Virus record (IMG/VR): IMGVR_UViG_3300045988_175441
Coordinates: 9,959-73,958 of that record
Source: a virus
DNA length: 64,000 nucleotides
Strand: one strand, 5' to 3'
Shown: positions 54,709 through 63,888 of the stretch, in pieces
Layout of the letters: each line of letters opens with the position of its first letter
Position numbering within the stretch: the stretch's first letter is position 1
Made by a program: the position numbers and the translations under genes
The notes under the pieces: generated by a model
Seen by the model: only the letters and a program-made list of their open reading frames with translations
The model's database searches: none
Told to the model about the DNA's origin: nothing

Positions 54709-55125
54709 ATGAAGAAATTGACGGTTAGAGGTATTTCCACTCACGAAGAAAGTAAAGGCGAGTGGAAATATGGCTACCTTATTGAAGATGAAGGAATATC
54801 TTATATTATCAATAGTGTTGTGGAAGCAAATGACGAGTATATCACTATTGGAGAGTGGTGTTCTGTAGATCCTGAAACATTGGGTATATCAACAGGGGTG
54901 CCTGATGAAGATGGAACAGAAATCTTTGAAGGGGATATAGTTAGACAAGTACGAACCCAACCAACAACGGAAAACGAAACAATCACAGGCGTTGTAACCA
55001 TGATTGAGGGCGCTTGGTTGATTATGAATGATAACAAGCAATTAGCAAGTTATTTGTGGTCAGAGACGGATAAAAATGAAGTCATAGGTAGTATCTATGA
55101 AAATCCAGAGTTGCTAGAAGAATGA
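54709..55125 (+). CDS. YopX-family protein
   Basis: ATG after AAAGGGG. Contains GTEIFEGDIV and the C-terminal VIGSIYENPELLEE typical of YopX. Confidence 0.6.
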   Translation: MKKLTVRGISTHEESKGEWKYGYLIEDEGISYIINSVVEANDEYITIGEWCSVDPETLGISTGVPDEDGTEIFEGDIVRQVRTQPTTENETITGVVTMIEGAWLIMNDNKQLASYLWSETDKNEVIGSIYENPELLEE

Positions 55126-55136
55126 AAGGGGAAAAA

Positions 55137-55388
55137 ATGAATAAAGCAGAATGGAATAAACTTGTAGTAAGAAAACTGCTTCAAGAAGAAAAAGTACATT
55201 TTGGGGATAATGTGTCAAGTATTTGGGAAGGAGTGACACCTGATATTGACGAGGAAGTGTTGGTTTACACTCCAGAAATCGGAGTGACTACAGATACTTG
55301 GATAGACTATGGAAATGGGGTTGGTTTTGAAAATTATGATTATGACGTGATTTATTGGACTAGCTTCCCAGAACCACCAAACGAATGA
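55137..55388 (+). CDS. DUF551-like small protein
   Basis: The pattern EEVLVYTP...DVIYWTSFPEPPNE resembles the phage DUF551 C-terminus. Confidence 0.45.
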   Translation: MNKAEWNKLVVRKLLQEEKVHFGDNVSSIWEGVTPDIDEEVLVYTPEIGVTTDTWIDYGNGVGFENYDYDVIYWTSFPEPPNE

Positions 55389-55499
55389 TAGGAATAACCT
55401 TTGAGGTTTGTTAGGACAACCTGATAACCTTGAGGGTTTTCTTTTTTGTTAAAGAACACAAAAAGATAAGACAAAAACACAAAAAGATGATAAAAAATG

Positions 55500-55528
55500 T
55501 TGACAAAGAAAGATAGAGGGTGTATAAT
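55500..55528 (+). promoter_or_regulatory. Reiterated promoter cassette P7
   Basis: TTGACA-N17-TATAAT within GGGTGTATAATATAATCATAAAG. Boxes at 55456-55470 and 55477-55493. Confidence 0.7.
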
Positions 55529-55557
55529 ATAATCATAAAGCAAACAGGAGAAGGAAT

Positions 55558-55809
55558 ATGGAACTACTAGTAAAAGGAACTTATGATAAGAAAAGTGAGC
55601 GTTGGTATGTTGATACTGACGAAGCAACAGTAGAAGCAATGAACAGCTTTTTAGAGGAGCATGATCTTGACGTGTTTGAATCATGGTTAGGGTATTTGGA
55701 AGGTGGAATGAGTGATGAATCACTCGCCTTTATCAATATATTGCAGACTATCGAAAATGGAGAAATCAACCTATATGACGGTAGCAAGATTAAGCTAGTA
55801 GAAGGGTAG
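55558..55809 (+). CDS. Hypothetical acidic protein, 83 aa
   Basis: ACAGGAGAAGG SD. Confidence 0.6.
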   Translation: MELLVKGTYDKKSERWYVDTDEATVEAMNSFLEEHDLDVFESWLGYLEGGMSDESLAFINILQTIENGEINLYDGSKIKLVEG

Positions 55810-55814
55810 AAAAA

Positions 55815-56198
55815 ATGGAACAACGCTTTACAAAGAAAGACTTTTTTGTAGGTCAGGAAGTTTACGCAGAATATGTCGGTTTGACAGGTTTAAGAAATAA
55901 AAAAGGGGATATTAGTTTAGAAGTTGTAACAAGAGTAGGGAATAAGTACGTTACAACAAATAAACGTATGTATCAAATTGCAGATGGTGTCCTAGTGACA
56001 GAATATTCTCCTGATTATGTATTGTGGATCAATAAGGGAGACTTAGAAATGAAAATAGCTAAAGATAAGCTGTTTTCAAAATTATCAAGTGAGTTTTCAT
56101 CAGGAGTAGGATTGCAGAATAGAAAACTCTATGAGAGACTGAGCCTAGAGGACTTGCAAGAGATTGAGCGAATTATTGACAAAGGAGAAACAAAGTAA
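55815..56198 (+). CDS. Hypothetical protein, 127 aa
   Basis: ORF in the operon. Confidence 0.6.
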   Translation: MEQRFTKKDFFVGQEVYAEYVGLTGLRNKKGDISLEVVTRVGNKYVTTNKRMYQIADGVLVTEYSPDYVLWINKGDLEMKIAKDKLFSKLSSEFSSGVGLQNRKLYERLSLEDLQEIERIIDKGETK

Positions 56199-56384
56199 AT
56201 GAAGGTATATAACGCAATCGGAACAGTCTATAATGTCTTTGGCAGATTGAAGAAAAAAGAGCTTATCGGCTCTTTCTCAACACTAGAGCAGGCAAGAAAC
56301 GTAGTTAGTCAGGTAGCAAGCAACTATGACGAAGTGGGAATAGTTGTCACTGAGCTTGACAAAGTGGAAACAAAGGGACTATAA
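56199..56384 (+). CDS. Hypothetical protein, 61 aa
   Basis: Start abuts the preceding stop. Confidence 0.5.
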   Translation: MKVYNAIGTVYNVFGRLKKKELIGSFSTLEQARNVVSQVASNYDEVGIVVTELDKVETKGL

Positions 56385-56404
56385 AAGGGGTAGCGAGGTA
56401 AAGC

Positions 56405-56767
56405 ATGGGATATACAGGGTGGCTTATGCCAGATGGGGAATTTTATCCTTGTAAACATAAAGAACATACTGAAACTTTACAAAATTTATTTGAAATGCCT
56501 CAGTACCATAAATTGATGGTAGACAATATCAGCAGAGGTAAGCCTTTTAGGAGCGAACCTGAAGGTTGTATGTGTTTCTGGGATACTGATTTCAAATTTG
56601 CTAGTTTTATTGGCGAAATGACCGAACCTGTAAAGGAATTTTTGATAAAGCATTTTCCAGAGTTCAATAAAGAACAGAAAAAATGTATTTATGATAAGTT
56701 CTACCTTTTGAGTTTAAAAACCGAAGGTCAAGAAATGATTTTGAAGGAATTTGAGCAGTTTATGTAA
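56405..56767 (+). CDS. Hypothetical protein, 120 aa
   Basis: ORF in the operon. Confidence 0.6.
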   Translation: MGYTGWLMPDGEFYPCKHKEHTETLQNLFEMPQYHKLMVDNISRGKPFRSEPEGCMCFWDTDFKFASFIGEMTEPVKEFLIKHFPEFNKEQKKCIYDKFYLLSLKTEGQEMILKEFEQFM

Positions 56768-56778
56768 AAGGAGTAGCT

Positions 56779-57060
56779 ATGAAACAACCTATAACACAAG
56801 ATAACATTGTATGGCAGTTGCCTATAGCAAGTGCAGATAACAATAATACAGGCTATATTCATGGCAATGCAAAAACTCATGCTTTTGTAGTTTGTAGTGA
56901 CAACCTTATGCACGATTCTTTATGTAAAAGATACGGTCAATACACTAAATATTTTGAGACTATCAACATTGAAGGAGTTGAGGAAAAACACCTATGTAAA
57001 AAGTGCCTGAACGCCTACAAGAAACTAAAAAAGAAAGAAGAAAACAATAATGGAGCTTAA
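56779..57060 (+). CDS. Hypothetical Cys-rich (zinc-ribbon-like) protein, 93 aa
   Basis: AAGGAG SD. Contains C..C(K)RYG ... CKKC. Confidence 0.55.
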   Translation: MKQPITQDNIVWQLPIASADNNNTGYIHGNAKTHAFVVCSDNLMHDSLCKRYGQYTKYFETINIEGVEEKHLCKKCLNAYKKLKKKEENNNGA

Positions 57061-57364
57061 AGGGAAAACCAGAGAGGGAGAACTTGTTACTTTGCTATCA
57101 GGAAAGGATAGCTACACTATCGAAGTAGTAGCAAGTGAAGATAAAAAAGGCAAGAAGAAGTCTGACAAGGCAAAAGAGCCAGTACGGATTGGAAATTACA
57201 AGAATGAATTTCCTAAGAAATCGCTTGAAATGTACGAAATTAAGAAGCATGATGGCGAAACAGGAGTGAAGATCAAATTTGCAGGGGAACGGTTTACCTT
57301 CTCTTTTGTGACTGAGACACCATACGAAAAAGTGGTAGAAATGCTAGAGGTGGGGAATAATTGA
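57050..57364 (+). CDS. Hypothetical protein, 104 aa
   Basis: Overlaps its neighbours by a few nt. Confidence 0.55.
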   Translation: MELKGKTREGELVTLLSGKDSYTIEVVASEDKKGKKKSDKAKEPVRIGNYKNEFPKKSLEMYEIKKHDGETGVKIKFAGERFTFSFVTETPYEKVVEMLEVGNN

Positions 57365-57675
57365 TGTTTGGAAAGAAAATGTTAGTAGTGAGCTATGTCT
57401 ATAGTTTTGATTACTCAAACGAACCATTAGAGCTTAATGAACTAATGTTTGAGAAAGTTCCAGTAAAGAAGAAATGGGGGAAGTATGTTTTGCTTAACCC
57501 TAAAGATCAAGAACGCTTTGGTTTATCAGTAACAAAAAAAGACTTTGAGAAAGTCTTAAAAAAAGGGTGTTACTATATTGTGTTTTTTGAATGTCATTCT
57601 GCGAAAAATGTATTTAAAGCCAGTAGGCTGTTTAATAAAGAATTTGATGTTCATGGTGGTAGATGTTTTGAATAA
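57364..57675 (+). CDS. Hypothetical protein, 103 aa
   Basis: ATG overlapping the preceding TGA (TGATG). Confidence 0.55.
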   Translation: MFGKKMLVVSYVYSFDYSNEPLELNELMFEKVPVKKKWGKYVLLNPKDQERFGLSVTKKDFEKVLKKGCYYIVFFECHSAKNVFKASRLFNKEFDVHGGRCFE

Positions 57676-57784
57676 GTAACAGAAAAAGGGATAGAATAAT
57701 GAGCAAACATAGACGAGTTGAAGATATGTCTGAAATCTGGGCAAAAGGGTATGTGGATTCAGGAGTAGTTGAGGTAAAAGAAGC

Positions 57785-58219
57785 ATGACAGAAGAAGTTA
57801 AAATCTACGCTTATAGGCTAAGTATTGCAGATGGCAATGTCAAAGTTGAAGAAATAGTGTTTACTGCAATAGAAAAGCAGAAAACATTTATTTTAAAACA
57901 AGATGGAGATAATACTACTAAGAGAGTAGTTTATAATCTCAATGAACCTATCGAAGATAGTATTGTTTCTGAAAAACGAGACAATTTCATGCGTGGCAGA
58001 AGAACTTTAAGAAAAGATGAATTGGAAGATCTGACTGCTTCTCCATTTGAAGATATACGCTATATCTATTACAGAGAACCGTCTCTAGCAAAAGCTATGT
58101 CTATGTTCAAAAGGAACTTAGAAGTTCGTATTATAGGGTTTAAGTATAAAATCGAGAGCCTGAAAACCAAGACGAAGGCTTGTGAGGGCTTTGTAGCTGA
58201 TGTAAAAAATAATTTTTAG
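57785..58219 (+). CDS. Hypothetical protein, 144 aa
   Basis: ORF in the operon. Confidence 0.6.
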   Translation: MTEEVKIYAYRLSIADGNVKVEEIVFTAIEKQKTFILKQDGDNTTKRVVYNLNEPIEDSIVSEKRDNFMRGRRTLRKDELEDLTASPFEDIRYIYYREPSLAKAMSMFKRNLEVRIIGFKYKIESLKTKTKACEGFVADVKNNF

Positions 58220-58232
58220 TAAGGGGAAATAA

Positions 58233-58883
<651 letters not shown>

Positions 58884-58896
<13 letters not shown>

Positions 58897-59369
58897 AGGA
58901 GAAAGCATTGTTAGAAAAATTGACGTTGCATTATAATGAAAATACTACTTGGCTTATTATAGCTATAGTTGTCTGTTTTGCAGTTGTTTCACTTGTCGCT
59001 ACTATAGTTTCGCTAGTGGCAATTTGGAAAGACAGAGGTAAGCCTTTTAGAGTTTCAAAAAACGTGCTATTGCTTTGTATGACCTTTTTGGTATCAATTC
59101 TTTGTATAATGGCAGAGATCGCCTGTTGTTTGGCAATAATGGGAGAAATTAGAGGATATAACGCTAACAAGGATATACAGACAGGCATTTCGGATATTAA
59201 AGACTATTATGAGATAAAACCAAAAGGCAACCTTTTATATTTTAATTTGAAGGGAAAGTATAGAGGGTTAGGAATACTAGAATATCATGCAACAGCAGAG
59301 GTTGTAGAAGAAAATCCGACTGTATATAAAATAGAATACGAGGGAGATTATTTTGAAATTAAGAAGTAA
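58884..59369 (+). CDS. Membrane protein, 161 aa
   Basis: Two TM helices (WLIIAIVVCFAVVSLVATIVSLVAIW and LLLCMTFLVSILCIMAEIACCLAIM). Overlaps the methylase stop. Confidence 0.6.
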
Positions 59370-59383
59370 TAGGTTAATTTAAA

Positions 59384-59407
59384 AGGCTAGATCCACTAGC
59401 CTTTTTA
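59384..59407 (+). terminator. Rho-independent terminator
   Basis: AGGCTAG-ATCCA-CTAGCCT stem followed by T5. Confidence 0.8.
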
Positions 59408-59560
59408 TTTGCGCATAAAATGGGCGTATATGGCACTTTAGGTCAAAGTGGCATAAACTCTAGGTAGAGCGATTTAAAATGCGATAGAGGGCAAAACAAG
59501 AGGAAATAAGAGCCAGATACCCAGAATGCCATTGTCAAGGTATAGCTAAAAAATAAAGTC
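59405..59560. repeat. Dispersed intergenic repeat, copy A
   Basis: Aligns along about 150 nt with 60075-60240, for example CTTTAGGTCAAAGTGGCATAAACTCTAGGTAGAGCGATTTAAAATGCGATAGAGGG against GTTTTAGGACAAAACAGCATAATTCTAGGTGGAGCGATATAAAACGTGATGGGAG. Confidence 0.6.
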
Positions 59561-59598
59561 ACGCGCAACAAAAAATAATCAAAATATGATAAAAAGTC

Positions 59599-59627
59599 TT
59601 GACAATAGATAGAAAAGAATGTATAAT
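59599..59627 (+). promoter_or_regulatory. Reiterated promoter cassette P8
   Basis: TTGACA-N17-TATAAT within GAATGTATAATATAAACATAAAA. Box at 59566-59580. Confidence 0.7.
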
Positions 59628-59665
59628 ATAAACATAAAATTATTAGGAAAATATGGGGTAAAATA

Positions 59666-60037
59666 ATGAACGAACAAGTTAAATTAGCAAAAAGTGTAGA
59701 ACAGCCTATCAGAAAGCATCGTACTGTATTTACAAGTACAAAAGGATTGTTAAGAAAGAAAAGATGGGTAATGTTGGATATTGATGAACATGGTCTTACT
59801 TATCGTAGTAAACCAAATTATTCAGGAACCGTGCTTTCCTCAATATATCATGCTATAGGAGAAATTATTATAGATCAACGTGCTTTTACAGTAACTATTA
59901 AAATGGGTGAAATGGACGTTCACAGAATATGTGTGATTGACTTAAAAAGATTAGATGGAGATTTATGGGCGAATTTTAATATCATTAAAGAAAAAATATC
60001 TATGTTTGCAGAAAATAAATTGGTTATCAAAAATTAG
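59666..60037 (+). CDS. Hypothetical protein, 123 aa
   Basis: Single-gene cassette between P8 and a hairpin with a T-run at about 60060-60085. Confidence 0.6.
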   Translation: MNEQVKLAKSVEQPIRKHRTVFTSTKGLLRKKRWVMLDIDEHGLTYRSKPNYSGTVLSSIYHAIGEIIIDQRAFTVTIKMGEMDVHRICVIDLKRLDGDLWANFNIIKEKISMFAENKLVIKN

Positions 60038-60074
60038 ATAAATTAGAAGAAGAAAAAGACTGGCTTTGTAACAG

Positions 60075-60240
60075 CCTTTTTTATATCCTCAAAATGCGCC
60101 TAAAATGGCGCGTGTGACGTTTTAGGACAAAACAGCATAATTCTAGGTGGAGCGATATAAAACGTGATGGGAGCTAAAATAAGGGGGAATACAGACGAGC
60201 TAGAGACGAATGTACCTTAGAGAGAGGATATAAAGCGAGG
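60075..60240. repeat. Dispersed intergenic repeat, copy B
   Basis: See copy A. Contains the small hairpin GCGCC-TAAAAT-GGCGC. Confidence 0.6.
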
Positions 60241-60306
60241 AATAAGGCGTTTATCAAATAGAACACAAAAAGATAATATAAAAGTATAAAAAAATAATCA
60301 AAACCA

Positions 60307-60335
60307 TTGACAAGGGGAAAGAAAAGGTGTATAAT
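60307..60335 (+). promoter_or_regulatory. Reiterated promoter cassette P9
   Basis: TTGACA-N17-TATAAT within AGGTGTATAATATAACCATAAAT. Boxes at 60263-60278 and 60285-60299. Confidence 0.7.
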
Positions 60336-60384
60336 ATAACCATAAATAACGAAAGAAAGATCAACAAGGTCTGGGTAAAAGAAA

Positions 60385-60696
60385 ATGATTAAAGTAAACG
60401 CAAATATTAAAGACGTAGCGAAAGAACTTGCTGTAAATATCGGAAGGGATAGCATGGAATTTTATCTCACAAAAGACGGCGAAACTGGTGTCCGTCAAAG
60501 TGGAAGTTTTGGGGCAAATGAGAGCGAAGTCGTTTACAAAGTACCACTTGATAAATGGTATTGGAAATACGAATTGGAAACAATCGGTCTTGATGTTGAC
60601 AAAAAATTAAACGAAGAAGAACTTAAAACACTTACCGACTATATCGTAAAAACAGACCGCAACAATGGCGAAAGACTGGAATGGAACGAAAATTAA
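60385..60696 (+). CDS. Hypothetical protein, 103 aa
   Basis: First ORF after P9. Confidence 0.55.
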   Translation: MIKVNANIKDVAKELAVNIGRDSMEFYLTKDGETGVRQSGSFGANESEVVYKVPLDKWYWKYELETIGLDVDKKLNEEELKTLTDYIVKTDRNNGERLEWNEN

Positions 60697-60716
60697 AAAA
60701 GAAGAGGTGTAAAATT

Positions 60717-60938
60717 ATGGCAAATAAAGATGGTTGGCATATAGTTTACGGACAAAACGTTTATGTAGAGAATGGGAAAGTCGTCTTAGGAACAAGAAAA
60801 GACGAAAACAACTCAGAAGTCACTTGCTATCCTTATGAGTACGACAAAGACCATGACTGTTGGGTTAATATTTCTAAGGAAGTAACTCTATCAGCTTATA
60901 GGGCAGGGTACAAAAGAGGAACTAAATGTATGAAGTAA
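60717..60938 (+). CDS. Hypothetical protein, 73 aa
   Basis: ATG at 60717 after AGAGGTG. The track start at 60681 overlaps the previous gene. Confidence 0.5.
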   Translation: MANKDGWHIVYGQNVYVENGKVVLGTRKDENNSEVTCYPYEYDKDHDCWVNISKEVTLSAYRAGYKRGTKCMK

Positions 60939-60948
60939 GCAAAGAACC

Positions 60949-60972
60949 AGAGGGGGCAACCCCTCTTTTTTG
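60949..60972 (+). terminator. Rho-independent terminator
   Basis: AGAGGGG-GCAA-CCCCTCT stem followed by T6. The same hairpin recurs at 63546. Confidence 0.85.
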
Positions 60973-61027
60973 TTTCGTCGCAACACAAAAAAATAATCAA
61001 AAAACATAAAAAAATGATAGAAAACAG

Positions 61028-61056
61028 TTGACAAAGGACAAAAAAGAGTGTATAAT
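61028..61056 (+). promoter_or_regulatory. Reiterated promoter cassette P10
   Basis: TTGACA-N17-TATAAT within GAGTGTATAATATAAACATAAAGAAGTTAAGGAG. Box at 60983-60998. Confidence 0.7.
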
Positions 61057-61087
61057 ATAAACATAAAGAAGTTAAGGAGAAAACATA

Positions 61088-61759
61088 ATGAACGCAACAC
61101 CAGTTTTAGACCGAGCAGTAGTAGGAGCAAAGGCAAAAGAAAAGGTATTAAAACTTCTTACCAAGCAACTAAAACAACAGAAAAAAGACGTGCTTTGTCG
61201 AGCAGGCATACACCAAGTTCATCACTACAAGGACAAGTCAGTATATACAGATGGGCGAGTTTGTTTTCACTTGCCTGCTTCTCTCATTGATAAGCATATA
61301 TCTTTAAATATCTTCACTCCAAAGGAAATTGAAAAAGGAAATAAACCAGTTGATCCAGAATCCTTTAGCTATCCAGATACAGATAGACTTTTTTACAAAG
61401 AAAAGCAACTACAAGAAATGTCTAAAGTTGAGCTTGATGTATTAAAGACTTTGAAAGAGCTGAAAGAGTTAAAGAAAAAGACGGTTGAACAACCAAAACT
61501 AGGGAAGGTTGTCCGTGTTAACCAACAAACAGGGGCTTTCACTCAATGTAACGAGCCTAAACAAGATATTAAGGATAGACGTTCTAAAGATTATGGTATC
61601 TTAGTGCAAGTGGACTTTCTTATCAATACACTATCAATCGTGAAAGAATTTGGAGATAAGCAAGTCACATTTTACTTAAATAAAGAAAACCCTTATCGCC
61701 CTATTGCTATTTACAGTGACAATGTAAAAAGTATGGTAGCACCAATCCGTTATAACTAA
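61088..61759 (+). CDS. Hypothetical protein, 223 aa
   Basis: ATG after AAGGAG. The track ORF 61048..61290 is a read-through of the promoter. Confidence 0.65.
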   Translation: MNATPVLDRAVVGAKAKEKVLKLLTKQLKQQKKDVLCRAGIHQVHHYKDKSVYTDGRVCFHLPASLIDKHISLNIFTPKEIEKGNKPVDPESFSYPDTDRLFYKEKQLQEMSKVELDVLKTLKELKELKKKTVEQPKLGKVVRVNQQTGAFTQCNEPKQDIKDRRSKDYGILVQVDFLINTLSIVKEFGDKQVTFYLNKENPYRPIAIYSDNVKSMVAPIRYN

Positions 61760-61815
61760 CTCCAACTCCTACCCCTGCTCCAACGCAACGAGCAGGGGAA
61801 AAGGAGTGATGATAT

Positions 61816-61926
61816 AACCACTTTATAAAGAGATAGGTAAGAGTTTCATAGATAATCTCCTTTTATACCAACGCTGAAACACATAAAAACTCCGTACCGA
61901 ATTACCTATCTCCCTATAAGGTGGTT
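61816..61926 (+). other. Long imperfect inverted repeat (25-nt arms, 61-nt loop)
   Basis: AACCACTTTATAAAGAGATAGGTAA (61816-61840) pairs with TTACCTATCTCCCTATAAGGTGGTT (61902-61926). It begins just after a TGATATAAC -10-like element (61809-61817) and ends 35 nt before a small hydrophobic ORF. Confidence 0.5.
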
Positions 61927-61961
61927 AGCAATAACCAAAAAACAAAAAGGAGAATCGCAAA

Positions 61962-62060
61962 ATGTATCTAGGACAACTACTAGCTTATCCTATATGGCTA
62001 TATATAGGAATAAGCGTGATCGCTATTGTACGCAACGCTTGGAAGAATATGGAAGGATAG
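61962..62060 (+). CDS. Small hydrophobic peptide, 32 aa (candidate type I toxin)
   Basis: AAGGAG lies 8 nt before the ATG. MYLGQLLAYPIWLYIGISVIAIVRNAWKNMEG is one TM helix plus a polar tail. Below the ORF-track cutoff. Confidence 0.4.
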   Translation: MYLGQLLAYPIWLYIGISVIAIVRNAWKNMEG

Positions 62061-62154
62061 CAAATGCTACTTCTTCTTTTTATTTGCATCACAAAAAGGC
62101 GAAAAAGAAACACAAAAAAATAATAAAAAAGTACAAAAAAATAATACAAAATGG

Positions 62155-62183
62155 TTGACAGGTAGAAAATAAAGGTGTATAAT
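62155..62183 (+). promoter_or_regulatory. Reiterated promoter cassette P11
   Basis: TTGACA-N17-TATAAT within AGGTGTATAATATAAATATAAAA. Boxes at 62111-62126 and 62132-62146. Confidence 0.7.
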
Positions 62184-62218
62184 ATAAATATAAAAGGTTG
62201 AGAAAAAAGGAGAACAAA

Positions 62219-62539
62219 ATGAACAACACAGTAACAACAACAAAACACGCAGTCATTGAACTTGTCAAAAGCGCTCAAGTCTTTACAAAGGATAGGAACG
62301 ATAACGCTACTAGCGTTAAAGCTCTTGACAACATTAGAGATTTTATTTTTAATGTGAACCAAGTCTTTACTCCTGATGGTGCAACTAAAGTGGCTTTAGA
62401 CGACATTTGCCAACGTTGCTTGATCTATAGTGATTCTTTTAAGCCTAACGTGGATTTGGTTGACATGGCTAAGAAAATCAACAGCGTCAGATTTGACGTG
62501 ATGTTGGAATTGAAAACAGCCAAAATTGATATTTTTTAG
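62219..62539 (+). CDS. Hypothetical protein, 106 aa
   Basis: ATG after AAAGGAG. Confidence 0.6.
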   Translation: MNNTVTTTKHAVIELVKSAQVFTKDRNDNATSVKALDNIRDFIFNVNQVFTPDGATKVALDDICQRCLIYSDSFKPNVDLVDMAKKINSVRFDVMLELKTAKIDIF

Positions 62540-62586
62540 ACTAACAAATACCAACCGTATTAGTATTTGAGAAGTAAAATAGAGAA

Positions 62587-62609
62587 AGAGGGGTTATCCC
62601 CTCTTTTTA
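62587..62609 (+). terminator. Rho-independent terminator
   Basis: AGAGGGG-TTAT-CCCCTCT stem followed by T5. Confidence 0.85.
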
Positions 62610-62666
62610 GTTGCAAACACAACACAAAAAAATAATCAAAAAACATAAAAAAGTTGCAAAAAGTAG

Positions 62667-62695
62667 TTGACAAAGAGTTAAAAAGAGTGTATAAT
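62667..62695 (+). promoter_or_regulatory. Reiterated promoter cassette P12
   Basis: TTGACA-N17-TATAAT within GAGTGTATAATATAAACATAAAGAAGTTAAG. Box at 62621-62636. Nearly identical to P10 over about 100 nt. Confidence 0.7.
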
Positions 62696-62734
62696 ATAAA
62701 CATAAAGAAGTTAAGAAAACAGGAGAAAAAACCT

Positions 62735-63148
62735 ATGTCAATTACAGCCTTGAAAGACAACGCAGATATTCTTTCAGAACACAACTATATGTGGCATGGA
62801 GAAACCCTATGCGACAACTATGGGGCTACACAAGAAATGATGAATGAGTTTTGGGAGTTGGTAACAAAGAGAATTGACGAAGCCTACATGGAAGAATATA
62901 AGGCTTACCATATCACTCATGAAGAATCATGCAATCCAAACGCAACTTATATTGGTTTGTGTGGTATGTCTATTGAAAGCGAGGCTATTGATTATGCTAT
63001 TGAGGAGTTGGGAATCAAGGAAGATTTGGAAGAATGGCTAGATACAACTATTGAAAAACTAGAAGAAGTCATTAACCGAGTTAAAGTAGATATGGATAAA
63101 ATCCTATATGAAATCGTTGAAAAATACAACCTAACCTACGTTGACTAA
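62735..63148 (+). CDS. Hypothetical strongly acidic protein, 137 aa
   Basis: ATG after ACAGGAG. Asp/Glu-rich throughout. Confidence 0.6.
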   Translation: MSITALKDNADILSEHNYMWHGETLCDNYGATQEMMNEFWELVTKRIDEAYMEEYKAYHITHEESCNPNATYIGLCGMSIESEAIDYAIEELGIKEDLEEWLDTTIEKLEEVINRVKVDMDKILYEIVEKYNLTYVD

Positions 63149-63191
63149 TAAGAGGGGCTATAAGCCCCTTAGAATTAAAGGAGAACGCAAC

Positions 63192-63527
63192 ATGAACCTA
63201 ACTAAAGGATACACAAACCCTATCTTTGAAATGATTGGCTATGAGCCTAAAACAACCTTCTGGTCTGACTTTAGCATTGCTGATATGTTCGGAGTTGAGG
63301 GAGTTAAGGACACCTACAACCGAGCAAAAGATGAATGGAAAGATAACATTGAGTACATGACAGAGTTTGCTATGGTACTCAATCATAAGAGTTGGCAACA
63401 CAACGAAAAAAACCAAACCCTATGTAGTTTATATTCTGACCTATGGTGTAACATTGAGGACTTTATCTATGAGCATTTCAAGGATAATGAGGAAGCAATC
63501 AGCTACTACCAAAGAGTAACAGATTAG
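63192..63527 (+). CDS. Hypothetical protein, 111 aa
   Basis: ATG after AAAGGAG. The track start at 63141 overlaps the previous gene. Confidence 0.6.
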   Translation: MNLTKGYTNPIFEMIGYEPKTTFWSDFSIADMFGVEGVKDTYNRAKDEWKDNIEYMTEFAMVLNHKSWQHNEKNQTLCSLYSDLWCNIEDFIYEHFKDNEEAISYYQRVTD

Positions 63528-63545
63528 ATAGAAAGCAACACAAAA

Positions 63546-63564
63546 AGAGGGGGCAACCCCTCTT
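63546..63564 (+). terminator. Hairpin identical to the 60949 terminator stem-loop but without a T-run
   Basis: AGAGGGG-GCAA-CCCCTCT followed by TAAAAAT. Confidence 0.4.
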
Positions 63565-63851
63565 AAAAATAATCAAGACGCACAAAAACATAATCTTTCC
63601 ACACAAAACAGTAAGCAAGATATTACAAAGTAAAAAGACGAAAGACAAAGGTATAAAAAGATAATATACCGACACAAAAACATAATAAACATACACCGAA
63701 AAAGGATAAAGATACACTAAAATATAGCAAGCCGACACCAAAAAATACGAGACAGCAAGGTGCGAAACTCCTGAAAGAGAATGGTTCAGATATTTCAGAA
63801 AGTCTTGCAGAAAATCCGTGAAAGCGAGGGCAAGCCGAGAAGAAAAAAATA

Positions 63852-63888
63852 GCTCTAGCGCAGAAATTCAGAAAAATTCTGCTAGAGC
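63852..63888. other. Inverted repeat in the terminal non-coding region
   Basis: GCTCTAGC(G)CAGAA(A)TT ... AATTCTGCTAGAGC, followed by a GC-rich patch at 63901-63950. Confidence 0.5.
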
